This document shows, one piece after another, positions 39,716 through 52,138 of a stretch of 64,000 nt of DNA. The first letter of the stretch is position 1. Every line of letters starts with the position of its first letter. The position numbers were made by a program, and so were the translations under genes. Source of the stretch: Polymyxa betae A26-41 (lineage: Eukaryota; Protista; Endomyxa: Phytomyxea); contig RBZT01000781.1 in the NCBI GenBank assembly GCA_003693705.1, positions 93,510-157,509 on the forward strand. The letters are read 5' to 3'. Below the pieces are notes generated by a model. The model made no database searches. It saw nothing but the letters and a program-made list of their open reading frames with translations, and was not told the origin of the DNA.

Positions 39716-40279
39716 ATGTCAGGTTCAGGCGGCGCTCAGGCCTTGGTCTCATGTCCAGGAGACACGCAGCCGAATGCAGAATCGCCCGATCATCATCAGG
39801 TACAGAAGATGCCGAGGTCGTCTGTCCAGGTGCGCATGAGTCGGCCGCCGCTTCGAAGCGAGGTGGCGTTGATGGCGTCTCGGCTGCAGCAGGCGAATTG
39901 GACATCGTCGCAGACGTTGTCGGCATCAAGGCCGCCGGAGCATTTCGTAAAAAGCGTCGCCGAACATCGGCAATGGGCTCGAAACCGATTCATAGCTCCT
40001 GCAGAAATTCCCAGAACAAAGCCAGCGCCTGTTCCACAGCTTCGAACATCTCCTCAAAACGATTCCGATGCACCCAAGCGCTCCCAGCCTGAAGTACGAG
40101 ATATTTCGACAGCTATCACACCCAAGGCTATGCCAATCGTGCCACAGGCAAGAGATGCATCAGTTCAGACTGAGACAATAACCGAGTTTCTGACGACAGC
40201 TGCACCCGTTTATTATAAGTTACAGCCAACAACCACCCTTATTGCAGTAAACGCGGCTGGAGCTTATGAATCGGAATGA
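39716..40279 (+). CDS. Hypothetical Pro/Ser/Thr-rich protein
   Basis: 187-aa ATG-initiated ORF in an otherwise empty region. No family recognised. Confidence 0.4.
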   Translation: MSGSGGAQALVSCPGDTQPNAESPDHHQVQKMPRSSVQVRMSRPPLRSEVALMASRLQQANWTSSQTLSASRPPEHFVKSVAEHRQWARNRFIAPAEIPRTKPAPVPQLRTSPQNDSDAPKRSQPEVRDISTAITPKAMPIVPQARDASVQTETITEFLTTAAPVYYKLQPTTTLIAVNAAGAYESE

Positions 40280-40940
40280 TCGGCGTTATCTCTAACTCAG
40301 TTGTTCAAGAATCATTTAGTTCTAAAGACGTACAAAATAAACAAGAGTATGAGAATACAGGAGCTCTTCAGAAACCAAAATAGAAGAATCTCGGAAGAAC
40401 TACAAATTGTCCAAGTAGGGAAAGATAATCGTAAATTTTATTCTATGCAGATAGAAGCTCATAAAAAAACATGAAAATGTTGCATAAATCGGCGCACAAT
40501 TTCAAGGTCCGTAGCGGACTCCGATTCAGGCAGATTGAGCTGATTTGTCAAATTTTTGATCTTCTGAATCGTGGTCGGAGCCATGCATCTCATGTACTAT
40601 TTAGTGGATGGCAAACGTGTTTACACGTTGAAGGTTAGTGGTGCCCTTTTGTATGCCGTTCACTGCTAATCTTTCGTATAGAAGCAGACGCCGTCGGGAG
40701 CTCCCACCCATTCCGCGCATCCGGCCCGATTCTCTCCAGACGATAAATTCTCGCGCGAGCGCGTAACTATCAAGAAGCGGTTCTCCATTCTCCCTACGCA
40801 GCAAGCCCCAATCCAATATTAATCATTGTTTCTAAATACATTAACTATTCGTCTTTGTCATCATCTTCAATATTGCCTCATAATTCTTGTAGGCCGGTAA
40901 GATTTCGGGTACGCGCGCCCCAATCTTTCACCTCGCCCTA

Positions 40941-41906
40941 ATGTCTATCAAAAAATCTTCCATGGGCTACGATGCTAACCGTCTTATCTATAGATGGATC
41001 GCTCCCAACACTGAATGCCCAGTTTTTGTAGATCCAAGGTCGTATGGGGCCTGTCACACGTGCGGCCAGACGTTCCGACGTCGTCCTCAGCACTGCCATT
41101 TATGCGGCGAGATGTTCGACGACCTGTGCACGGCTCGTTATCATCTGCCTCCGCCTTTTGCTAATGGCAGATCCGGCCCAGTTCGAGTCTGCTTCGCATG
41201 CCGAAATCGATGCCTGGCATGGCACGACCAGCAGCTTGGCATCAACCTGAGCGATCTACGGCGCCCACTCTTCAAATCCGTCGTCGTTGACGGCGTCCTG
41301 GAGATCTATCCTCCCGTAGAATGGGCACAGGCCGACACCAGCGTCGCATGTAAAACCTGCGATCGTAAAGGTCTGAAGAGGCACCATTGCCGAGCTTGTG
41401 GCGAACTCTACTGCAGCGAATGCTCATCCAAGATGATCGTCCCAGAGACGTTCGATAAAAAGCACAAGAACGGGCTGCAACGAATATGCAATGAATGTCG
41501 CTATTTGATCATGACCGGCGCACAATGGAGCGAACCGAATCCCATCGAAGACGTTCGTAAACCGTTCCGAAACGTGTTCACATTGCATCCGGTGAGGACG
41601 GCAATCCCGCGTGTTGATGAATCGGAGTCGAGCTGCATTCTGCGCCTGGTCTGGTATGACAATGGCGAAGTACTCGGGCAGATTACAGCTGGATTAAATT
41701 GGGATCTGGACGTTATAGATAAGGTTGTAAGAAGGTTGAATTCGGTTCTAAGTCGCGACTATGTGTACACGTATCGAAGGCGACCTATCTGTGTCCAGCA
41801 TTGGACGGCGTTCACTGCCCGCGTCTTACAACCAGATCTGGTGTTGTGCGCTGCAGATTCATTTCAGATCAGATGGAGATTAAATACAAAAACGACAACG
41901 TCATAG
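40941..41906 (+). CDS. Tandem FYVE-type zinc-finger protein
   Basis: CHTC...QHCHLCG...RVCFAC and WAQAD...CKTC...KRHHCRACG...CSEC...RICNEC. Single exon. Confidence 0.8.
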   Translation: MSIKKSSMGYDANRLIYRWIAPNTECPVFVDPRSYGACHTCGQTFRRRPQHCHLCGEMFDDLCTARYHLPPPFANGRSGPVRVCFACRNRCLAWHDQQLGINLSDLRRPLFKSVVVDGVLEIYPPVEWAQADTSVACKTCDRKGLKRHHCRACGELYCSECSSKMIVPETFDKKHKNGLQRICNECRYLIMTGAQWSEPNPIEDVRKPFRNVFTLHPVRTAIPRVDESESSCILRLVWYDNGEVLGQITAGLNWDLDVIDKVVRRLNSVLSRDYVYTYRRRPICVQHWTAFTARVLQPDLVLCAADSFQIRWRLNTKTTTS

Positions 41907-42136
41907 TCATATTAATCATACAAATGTTTGCAATAATCCGGAAAACGTCCGAAAGTTTCCGAGCGTGCGAGAGAAATCTTGAAAAAGGAAGCAGCGAGAT
42001 ATTGAGTAGATGTGAGAGACGCGCCCAGATTTTTTCGATGAGCGACGATTGTGTCGCGTGCCCATATAAGTAGACAGATATCGAGGGACATTGCTGACGA
42101 CACGACGTCGCCGTTAAGTGGAGCCGGGAAGCGGCG

Positions 42137-44421
42137 ATGAAACTCAACCCGCATGCGACCGAGTTCACTTGGACGCCGGCCGCAGCTGAGTTCCCGCCGC
42201 TTCGTCCAACGGTCCAGGTGCCATCATCCCCGGTCCCGTCGCTCAGTCCATCATCGCCATCGCCGGCGCTACGGTCACTGAATGGACAGTCGCCGTCAGG
42301 ATCATCGCACTTTGATGAATCAGTGCAACCAGCAACACCTCGTCGCTTAATTTACAGCATTGATGAGATCAACGCTCTCCAGCAGGCGTTCAATGAACCT
42401 CCTGATAATCTACCAGTTAGCGATAATGTTCCCGTTAAAGGCAATGCGCATTACGATGACTTGATGGACCCTCAGAGGGCCAGTTCACGTCGCAGCTCGA
42501 CCACTTCCTGGACAAGATCACCACGTACAAGCCCACTCACCCGAAATGGAAGCATTGTTCGCCGACAGCAGCTTCGCGAGCCTTCACCGATTGAACCCAT
42601 GGATCCGGCCATGACGGCCAAGAGCCGGAACGCGAAAATCGTGGCGGCAGCCGAGGCCCGGCACAGACCGCATCAACAAAAGAAACCGGCCCAGCCTAAT
42701 AAGAACGATGACGATCTGTCATGGAGAAAGAAAGATTCTGCTGTAGCTCCAACAAGCAGGTCATGGCGTGAACGGTCCAATCCGCCAAAGCGTCGCGCTC
42801 AGCAGCTGTACGAGCAAGCAGCCGCAGCGCCAAAGCTGACGATGTCGGCGAACGCGTGGCGACTGATCGACAAATCCGTTCAGGATGAGGCACAGGCAGC
42901 TGAGGCCGCTATTCGAGTGATACTGAACAAATTAACGCCGGAGACGTTTTCGAAGCTATCGGAGTCTGCTGGAGAGATTGCAATGACAGGACCCGAGACA
43001 TTACAACGTCTTTGTAAGACGATGTTCGATAAGGCGATTGACGAAACCAGCTTCGCGTCGCTCTATGGGCAGTTCATTGTTCGTTTGCAGGAAAGGCTGC
43101 CATCATATAAAGATGACGACGGCAAGACAGTCGACGTTCGCAGCGAGATCATCACGAGATGTTATCAGATGTTGACGACACCGCCCGACTCAACCGCCTT
43201 CGAATCGTTACAGGGGGCTGAACGTGAAGAAGCCGAATTCATTCAAAGAAGACGTCAAATCGGCAATGTCGTTCTGATGGGTGAGCTGTTTAAGCACGGT
43301 CTGCTGGTGGAAGGCGTCGTCCATGTCAGCGTCGGGTTACTTCTATCTGGTCCACATGCTGATATTGAGATGCTGGTCGCATTCCTGCAGACAGTCGGGA
43401 AATTCGTCGAAAGGCAAGCGCCGGCAAAGATGGAGGAATATTTCTCCAAGATCGCGACCTTGTCGAAACAGCCGTCGATGGCGCCCCGAATGCGATTTAT
43501 GCTGATGGATCTGATCGATCTGCGAAGGAATCGATGGCGCCTTCGCCGAGATAAAGTCGTCGACCCGAAGATGTTGGACGAAGTGCGAAAAGCGGCGTCG
43601 TCGAGCTCGGGTCCTTCCTCGTCCTGGACTGTCCGGCCGCCACCAAAGAAATCGGCGCAGACGATACGGCCGGCCGTGCTGCGTCCAACGACCAAAGTGA
43701 CATGGAAGGACGGGCTGACATCAGAGCCGAACAGAACGAAACCGTTCAGCTGGGGCAATGTACCTCATGATATCCACGACGACGACGATGATGATGGCAA
43801 CGAGGACGCCGAAGCCGTCGAGGATACCGAAACTGCAGATGATGCAGAGATCAGCAAAGAAAGGTTCGTCGAGCTGGAAGTATCAGTGGATGGTTGGTGA
43901 ATGTTTCCAGTAGAGATACGAAGAAGGAAGAACAGCAGGTGGAGATGTTAGTTCGTGAGCTATACTCATGCCTGGATATTGAGGAGGCTCTACGTTGTGC
44001 ACGAGAGCTTTCAGTGAAGTCCCATGCCAACATCGTCTATCAGGCTGCCATGATCTCATTCGATATGAAGGAGGACAGCCGTGAACTTTGCCGTCAATTC
44101 CTCGATCGGTTAATGACAGAAAGCATTATCTCTGGCGACGATCTCGTTCAGGGCTTAACCGATCTCGTACAGGTTTGCGAAAACACTGCTCTGGGTTGGG
44201 TCTTCTCTGACATCATGCAGGAATGCGAAGACATTGCAATCGATATCCCGCGGGCGCCGACCTTCCTGTCAGATGTTATCAGAGATCTGCTGGGTCAGGG
44301 CCACCTCGACTCGGAATCGCTGATGGGCGTGCTGCGGAAGAGCGGATCGACGACCTGCGGCAAGCTCGCCCTACAAGCGTTAGGTCGAGCAGATACAGTG
44401 AAGCGGGTACCGGTGTCGTAG
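42137..44421 (+). CDS. eIF4G-like translation initiation factor (MIF4G + MA3) with N-terminal PAM2 motif
   Basis: IRVILNKLTPETF, MFDKAIDETSFASLY, IGNVVLMGELFK, RMRFMLMDLIDLRRNRW; MA3-like DIEEALRCAREL and DIAIDIPRAPTFL. Introns 43864-43910 and 44173-44220. Confidence 0.9.
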
Positions 44422-44986
44422 AGGAGCAAGGGTGGCCGCACCACAATAAACCCTACAGACCTGTTGTAATGTTACTGTGATAACTGTGGCGTAGCCCCAT
44501 ACAATGCCACCATAACGCTCATCCATCGAACCAGCAGGGCTCATCATTCTGAAAGATCTTCAGTATTAGGAAAGCCTTACGGTGACATGCTGGTGTCGCG
44601 GCTGTTTGGCTGTCATGGAGGGACATTAACGTGGTAGGAATTCGGAGCATCAGATCCAAACAATGTGAATGCTTTATAGAACTGCCTTGGCTAATCGAAG
44701 TTGAGCCTGACGAGCAGCTCCGATCAACTGCGTCTGGTATGATGATGATAGCTAAAAACTGATATCGGTCAGCTCTTACCTCACAGATACGTTCGTCCTT
44801 GCAACTATAGAAAGAAAAAGTAGCATTCGTACAAGCATGTCTTTGCCTAATGAACTTCTGTGAATCAGGCAGTTCCAGCATCTTATAAACATGCCATCAT
44901 GATTAACGCAAAATAATCGAACGAGTTAGTCAAAAGCTGGGGCTCCGTCTCTGTCTGGGACGAGCATCGTTGCATGCTGCACATAG

Positions 44987-46573
44987 ATGGAAATTCACAT
45001 CGCCAGCGATGAGATCCTGCTCCTGATTCAGGACTATCTCAATCGCAACGGATGTCATGACGCCGTACGGGCCCTGGAGAAGCAGACCGGGGTCCGACTG
45101 CGATCTTATGGCACCGAACTCGATTTCTTTCGTCAGCTGTTGCTGGATGGCCAATGGGGTGACGCCGAGCGCTTCGTTGCCGCGTTGTGCTCGCGCCCGA
45201 ATTTTGATCATCGTCGCGTACGATTTTTGTTGCGTAGGCAGCGATTTCTCGAGACAATCGCGCAGCGCGATCTGGGCGACGCTGTTCTGGAGCTGGTTGA
45301 CGGCCTGAAAGAGCTCGAAGATTCATGCCCTCCCGACGAATTCCAATCGTTGTGCTACTGCCTGACATTAACGACTGTCAACGACCATCCCGATTTCACT
45401 GATTGGACCGTGACCGGATCCAGACTGAACACGTTCGAGCGATGTTTGGAGCAGTTCGCGACCATCTACCCGACGCAAGTACGACGCAGAGATGGCGTCG
45501 TCGAGGCGAACCGTCTCGTCCAAATGCTAAAACAAGCGATTCTGTATCAGATGTCGGTGGCCGCCACAAAGGCCGACCTCGATCTAAGGCCGGGTCGTCG
45601 CGCCTATACACTATTACACGACATCGATTTCAGAAGGACGATCGAGGCGGCGCCGGTCGGCGAATACGCGATCGTTTCAAGGGTGACTGACCCGGTTCAT
45701 GCTCTGCGATCGGTTCGATTTAGCCCGGATGGGTCGCAGATCGCGATTGGGTCGGCATCACGATGCTTGCGAATCTGTGAGACAGACAGCCATCGCGACA
45801 GATTGCCGATCGTTTCGAAATTCGCCGAGCATCACGAAGGCGGTGTTTACAGCATTGACTGGAGTCGCGATCGGCGATGGATGGCGACTGGCTCCAGCGA
45901 CCGCTCCGTCAAAGTCCTGAACATCGACACAGGAAGGATTTGGTCAGCGACACATTCCGGCACGGTTCGCAGCGTCTTGTTCACCGACGACAATACGGTG
46001 ACCGGAGCCGGGTCCGGCGACTACGCGATTCGGATATGGGACTACCAACACCAGCAGCAGGGACCAGTACGGACGCTATCCGGTCATACCGACGTGATCG
46101 TAGGGATGGCTAACCAAGACCGGACCCTGATCTCGGCCAGCTTTGACGGTGTCCTGAATCGATGGCAGAAAGGAGAGCGCGTCTGCACGCTAACAATGGA
46201 GCCGCTCATGGCCTGTGCCTTATCGACCGACGCACGAATCGCCTTTGTCGTCCATACGAATGGGTCAAGCGGAGCCTGGGATCTGTCAATGCTGCGGCCG
46301 TTATGGCAAAGGCCGGCACCGAGACCGTCCAGCGGTCGCGTACTGGCCCTGTCCGGTGATGATCGCCTGCTGCTGTTGGCGTCCGACGAAGGAACGATGC
46401 ATATCGTGGATGCGCAAGATGGCCAGCTGCTGCATTCGATGTCGGATGGGCACAGCAAGACTGTCATACAGGCCGAATGGGATCCGACGACGGCGACGAG
46501 ATTCGCGACCTGCAGCAAGGATCGTACGATGGCGCTCTGGACGCATCGGTCAGAGAATGGTGAACATTATTAA
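44987..46573 (+). CDS. WDR47: WDR47 (nemitin)-like LisH-CTLH-WD40 protein
   Basis: LisH (EILLLIQDYL...ALEKQTG), CTLH (FFRQLLLDGQW), LCYCLTL, NRLVQMLKQAILY and C-terminal WD40 repeats. Single exon. Confidence 0.8.
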   Translation: MEIHIASDEILLLIQDYLNRNGCHDAVRALEKQTGVRLRSYGTELDFFRQLLLDGQWGDAERFVAALCSRPNFDHRRVRFLLRRQRFLETIAQRDLGDAVLELVDGLKELEDSCPPDEFQSLCYCLTLTTVNDHPDFTDWTVTGSRLNTFERCLEQFATIYPTQVRRRDGVVEANRLVQMLKQAILYQMSVAATKADLDLRPGRRAYTLLHDIDFRRTIEAAPVGEYAIVSRVTDPVHALRSVRFSPDGSQIAIGSASRCLRICETDSHRDRLPIVSKFAEHHEGGVYSIDWSRDRRWMATGSSDRSVKVLNIDTGRIWSATHSGTVRSVLFTDDNTVTGAGSGDYAIRIWDYQHQQQGPVRTLSGHTDVIVGMANQDRTLISASFDGVLNRWQKGERVCTLTMEPLMACALSTDARIAFVVHTNGSSGAWDLSMLRPLWQRPAPRPSSGRVLALSGDDRLLLLASDEGTMHIVDAQDGQLLHSMSDGHSKTVIQAEWDPTTATRFATCSKDRTMALWTHRSENGEHY

Positions 46574-47664
46574 CGGATTGATGACGTGGAGAGGGATTTG
46601 GACAATCAACCTTGTTAGACAGGCGGTGGCCACGATCAGAACCGCCTGAAAAACCCAAGATGAGCAATAGATGGACGGCGTGAAGCAACGAGACAACCTT
46701 CGTAACGGGCGTATTCAGCGAGACACGCAGGGCCGTCACATTGCTGGACAGCACGAATAAATTAACGATCGGGCCATAATACGAATTCGTCTCCCATATC
46801 ATGATCAGAACAATGAGTAGCTTGCCGAAACTCGAAATGATGATGGACGCCATTAGATGCCGATATCGAATGGCTATATTCAACGGTCAATACTTTGCAA
46901 AGTGAGAAAACCGATTTCGGATGGCGTACGGCCAGGATGTAATAGCCGGGCTGCAATAACCGCCGCAGAGACGAACACGAGCAGCTCCATGGCTGACATC
47001 CTAAATAGCAGTAAAATCAGGGAGAAATAGAAGAACATTTTGGCAAACAATAAAAAACAATGACAAAAAGGGAGTTTACAGATGAAGTGATATTGATAAA
47101 TCGCAAAATATCAGACCAGAAAAGCATCACGTAGCCGTCATGGGGGACCATGTTTAATGAACGTAAGCGAAGCCATCTGAGATACGTGTCGAAGAACACA
47201 ATGGCAGGGATGAGCTTAAGCACGGTTCGTCGGAGACCTTCGTCGTCTTGAGAGTAGTTGTTGAACAGAATATGACGATATACCTGTCCCAATATTACTC
47301 CTTTGATTACCATAGCACTTAAAACAAGCTAAAATATACCCAGGAAAGAAAGCAAGGGTTTTCAAGAAACTTTTTACAATGCGAGCCCGAAATCAAGATC
47401 GAAAAATCACGAGAAAGACTTGAAATCATGTAAGCAGAATGGATCAACCTGCACTTTATGTAGAATCAGGTCGATGATAATAAGCATGGTCTCGAATTCC
47501 ACATATTTATCAGCGATGCAGCAACACGAGTCCTAAGCGCCCAACGTCAGGGCCACTCAGCTCGATTGTCAACATCAACAAACGCATCGGGTGAGGCGAA
47601 TATTTCCAGCCGAGAACTCCTTGTAGACGTCCCCGACCGCAGCGCCGCATTCCACACAGATCAT
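46550..47664 (-). CDS. ARV1: ARV1 family membrane protein
   Basis: MICVECG...NIRLTRC, ADKYVEFE, IDLILHKVQVYRHILFN and SSFGKLLIVLIMIWE. Five introns; last exon 46645-46550. Confidence 0.9.
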
Positions 47665-47907
47665 AATACTGTAATATGCCAAGGCAAACTTTACGGAAAA
47701 TCGCGCGAGTTATCATGACAGAATCAGGATATGTAACATCGAAATTGCTATTAAACAATAATTACAAGTGCTAACAAAACCCTGTAGCTGCTGGCCTCCG
47801 GTCAAGTAAGTGCAGAACGATAGGATGTCTGCGTTTTATTGGCATACTGCCAGCTGTAATTTGAAAAAACCTTTGACTGCACACCTTGCAATGATATCAG
47901 GTCGATT

Positions 47908-50900
47908 TTATATATTAGTACTACTATTTGCTTTCACTTTGCTTCTCCTCAAATGGTCTAAAGCAGTGCTGATACCGATTTCATCGGCATCATGATGGCG
48001 GTATTGATGTCTACTAACTGCATCGTATAGAGTGACAGCACTTGAATTCGGCTGAATAAACTTTTGAATGATAACCATTAGGCAGTCTATCAGAGAGACT
48101 GATCGAGAGCCATTAAGCAATCGTGTTATCACTTCACAAGCCTCTGCTTGATCAGAATCTTCGATATTAATGAAGCATTGTTGAAGGAGAGCGACCAAAT
48201 CGACAGAATTCAAATCCCCATCAAAGCAGGAGAGTAACCTGTCAACTAGTTGAGGACGCAGTATAGGAGGAAACTCGATTGGGGCAGCAAGAGAAGCGAC
48301 TTTCGCCGCAATGGGCAAAGCTAAGCGATGTCGACATGTGATGACGTCTCGTAGTAGAAGCGTCATCTGACCACGGACAGCGGCAGGCGCCGGAGCCATA
48401 TTAGACGTAAGTTCGAATAGGAAGTCTAAAGCACTTTCATCGCCAAGATAATGATGAACGAACGGAATAATAGCATGTTCATAGATCAGATCCTGACGGC
48501 AACGTTCGATACGCGCGCCAACTGTAAAAACGCTCCAGAATTGCTTGGTGGATTTTAATAGTGGGCGCCAAGACTGCAATCGAGACCATGTATCCATTCG
48601 TCGAAACGCGTCAGCATCCCGCCGAGTACGTAGACCATTGGCGAGAACATGAAACAACCATTGTAGCCGAGGGACAGATGGGAAGGAAACACCATCGAAT
48701 CGCAACGAATCTGGAACTGTTGGCATTGGAATCCAGGCGCGGCGAGACATATACGCGCAAACTGCAGCGTACATCGGGTGCGATGGGCCTTGTCGCGATA
48801 CCATCACAGAAAACATCGATGCCCAAAGAACAGCAGATAAATGGGGAATTATTGGCAGTTCATTGGAATTGGCAGCACAGTCAGTACCAATGAAGCCGCC
48901 ATTAGCTTGGTCGCTGGGCTCGTCCTCGTCTTCGCAATCATCATCGTCGGCAATAATGTCGCCGTTTTCAGTCCGGATATAGATCGAGTTTTTTATCAAT
49001 GTCAGGACCTGGTGGGCTTGAGAAGTAATGAGATCAGGTGTCGAATACACGCGACCTAGCAAGGTATATGCACAGGCTCGTATTGACTCGTTTTCAGAAG
49101 AAAGCCCACGAGCAATAGTAAAAGATGCCACGCCTGATTCTAATAAAGATTTTAAGAAACACATGTAATTTGAAAAAGTAGACTATTACCAATCAATGAC
49201 AAAGGCACTTTGGCATTCGGTTTTTCGAGCAGCGCAAGAGCCGAAGGGATGATATACTGAGGATCGGCCTCAAACCAACGAGAAGACGGGTATAAACTCG
49301 TAAAGCATTTTAACCACTCGTCGAATGAAATGGTTTCAAACACGTCGTACGAATCCAAAGTCGGGCCGAATCGGATCCCAAGCAAAGAATTTTCCAATCG
49401 ACGATCTGAGAGAAAAATTAAATAAACAACAACTGGAAGAAATTCGTAAACTACCTGCAGCTTCGATACATTCAAAGCGCTTCAGATCTAATTTCGAAGT
49501 AGTAGCTCGGTATGACCTCATTAGCTCGCATAATTCGACCTTGCTTGGGGCAGCTTGATCAATGTCCAGCCAGATTTGCGCCTTCTCTGTTAACCGGATC
49601 GGGTCGTTAAACCATGGTGCATTCTAGAGAAAGCAGTCAGTTCAGCCATATGCAGATATTTAACTCGTCGTTACAAGTTCAAAACTGGGTTTACAATCTT
49701 GACTGGACACGAACCAGTCGGGCAAAGGGATCCCCTCAGAGTGCAACGTTTGCACAGCGGGTGTAAACCGGAATGGATTCGTTCTATAGAGAGCTTTCAG
49801 ACAAGACATCAAAGATTCGTCTTTGGAGAGAATGGCACGGCGACTTAAACAGATTGTGCTCTCTTGATCAAGTTCGACGACAAAGACATAATCAACGATG
49901 GCCGGCAGAGTTAGTAGCACCGGGCGGATATCAGCCGGCATCAAGCAGCGGACCAAAGAGACCGGGCAACCGGAAGACATGGAGAATCGTAAACGATCGG
50001 CGATGGGTAAAGCCGAGGCACAAACCATCCGCAATGGCCAAGAAGAAATCGTACCACTGAGGAAGCCATGGCGACGAGATATCAAAGCAAACAGCCACTG
50101 AGGAATACTCAATCAGACAAGCCTTTTGAACCAAAAATTGTGAGTACCTGACGAAACAAATTATTGTGGAAATCGAGATTGGATCCCCACAGCAAGGCGC
50201 TGTCGCTATCGACAGTCACGAAGAAGACCGCAAAGAGGTTGTCATCAGAGCTATTGGGATCGGCGAGCGTTTTTTGGATAAATTCGTAACGATCATCTTT
50301 CGAGCGCATGCGAAGGACTAGTAAACGACATCAGATTAGCAGAAGATAAACGACGACAACATTACCACGAAATCGGGTTTGGATCGCATCGCTTAGAGTG
50401 TCACGTTTTGTTTTTTTCTTAGCTGGTTCTGATACTTCTGAAGGTACACGTAATGGAATTTTGTGACGCTTCATCAAGGCTACCAGACGCGAAAAGACCA
50501 GCGGATCAGTTGCGGACAGAGCGGCACGCTGGAATTCGGCCACGGGTGGAGTGATATTCAGCGGCGCCGTTTGCAGAATATCAGTCCGAATCAAATCGCA
50601 TACGGTGTTCCCAGTCGTAATCTGGTTTGACATCAGTGTCCAGGCGTAATCGCGTGATAGTACGCCGCAACGCATCAGGGAGCGAGCACAGCAAAGAAAC
50701 AAATCATCGTCGGGCCCGGATCCGCTTCTCAGAACGACTTGAACGTCTGGCAGTAACTTGAGAGCCTGAAAGCATTTTAGATTATACACAGCAAGAGATC
50801 AGTAAATTGCAACCTGTTTGGAGCCGTGATCGCTCAGGGCAAGAACGCATCGTTGCGCTAGTGTCATTACGAGACGGGATTGGTGTTGTAGCGCAGCAGA

Positions 50901-51968
50901 GAGCACCGATTTAGTCAATGCATTAGGCATCGGTGAAGAAGCAGGCAGTTGACGAATGAGCTGTTCCATGAACGATATGTTGCAGACGTAGCGGAAAGAG
51001 AGACGCGGGCTAAGAGAACATTGCAATGCCGATAGATATTGCTGCAGGCATGAAGCAGAACATCGCTCACTGTCGACGACCCAGTCGAGAACCAGTTGGC
51101 GGTGCTCGAGAGAGGTGAATGGGTTCAGAGATAGAGCAGCACGAATTGTGACATGTGAAGGCGGCCCATTGGAAAGCAATGCCCCTAACAGCTTGTGAAC
51201 AGTCTCTGCGCGAACAGATTCAGGTTCTGCTGCGGAATGCAGCGATGCGACAGCGACCAGAGCTGGCTGCGTCATTACCGGCGATAATAAGCGCAGATTT
51301 TGAATCAAGGGAGCAAATAAGCGAGAGAGAGTCTCGTCGGAAATTTTGGATGATGGAAGACGGGTGATGAGGTGACGAAGCGCATTCGAAGGACCTTCGG
51401 TGACAAGCATGAAGCGTGTATGAAAATTCAGTGCTTCTATCAGAAAGCTAGATACATAATGCTGATGCTGTTTCCAGACTCGTAAAGTCCAGTTTAAACG
51501 ACGCAGCAAACGTAAGCCTTGCTCATGCTGAATCAGGCTAACGACCAGATTTATGGCGTTGAGTTGAATACGTTTATCATCGCTTGCAATGTGGTCCTGG
51601 ATACGATTGAAAATATCGGTCCCAGTAATGGCATTGGTTGCATGGCGGATTATTTTCTCATTGCATGGGCCACACTGAGATGGCTTCAGGACGGTAGCGA
51701 GCAAAAGCAGGGCGTTCGAAGCGACAAGGGGAGACGTATTGGAAACCAGAGCAAAGATCTCTGGCATCTGTGGCGATTGACCAAGGTAGGCATGGAGATG
51801 GTCATGAGACGACAAGTGTGAGATGAGATTTGTGATATCACGAATGACAGTGCGGTTATCAGAGCTCTGTATCCCAACAAGTAACGTATGAAGTGACTGC
51901 TCGGAAGCGCACGTTGTTTGTTGGGGTTCTGGGGTCCCATTACAGACCGCCTCTAGAGCGGCGGCCAT
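47908..51968 (-). CDS. URB1: Nucleolar pre-ribosomal-associated protein 1 (URB1/Npa1)-like
   Basis: YLGQSPQMPEIF, LLPDVQVVL, SYRATTSKLD, ADPQYIIP, GLSSENESIRACAY and WLFHVLANGLRTRRD. About six introns. Confidence 0.72.
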
Positions 51969-52138
51969 TGTTGGCTGAATTCGCCTGGAACTGCACAAAA
52001 TGTAGGGTCCGGAATGCGATTTTGATCTTGCCGTGACGGACTTGAGAGTTTTTGATCGACAAGCACAAATCTTGACCCTTAATTTATGAATTATGTCAGA
52101 ATGATAAAATACATAGATAAATGCAAAGCAATGGCCAC

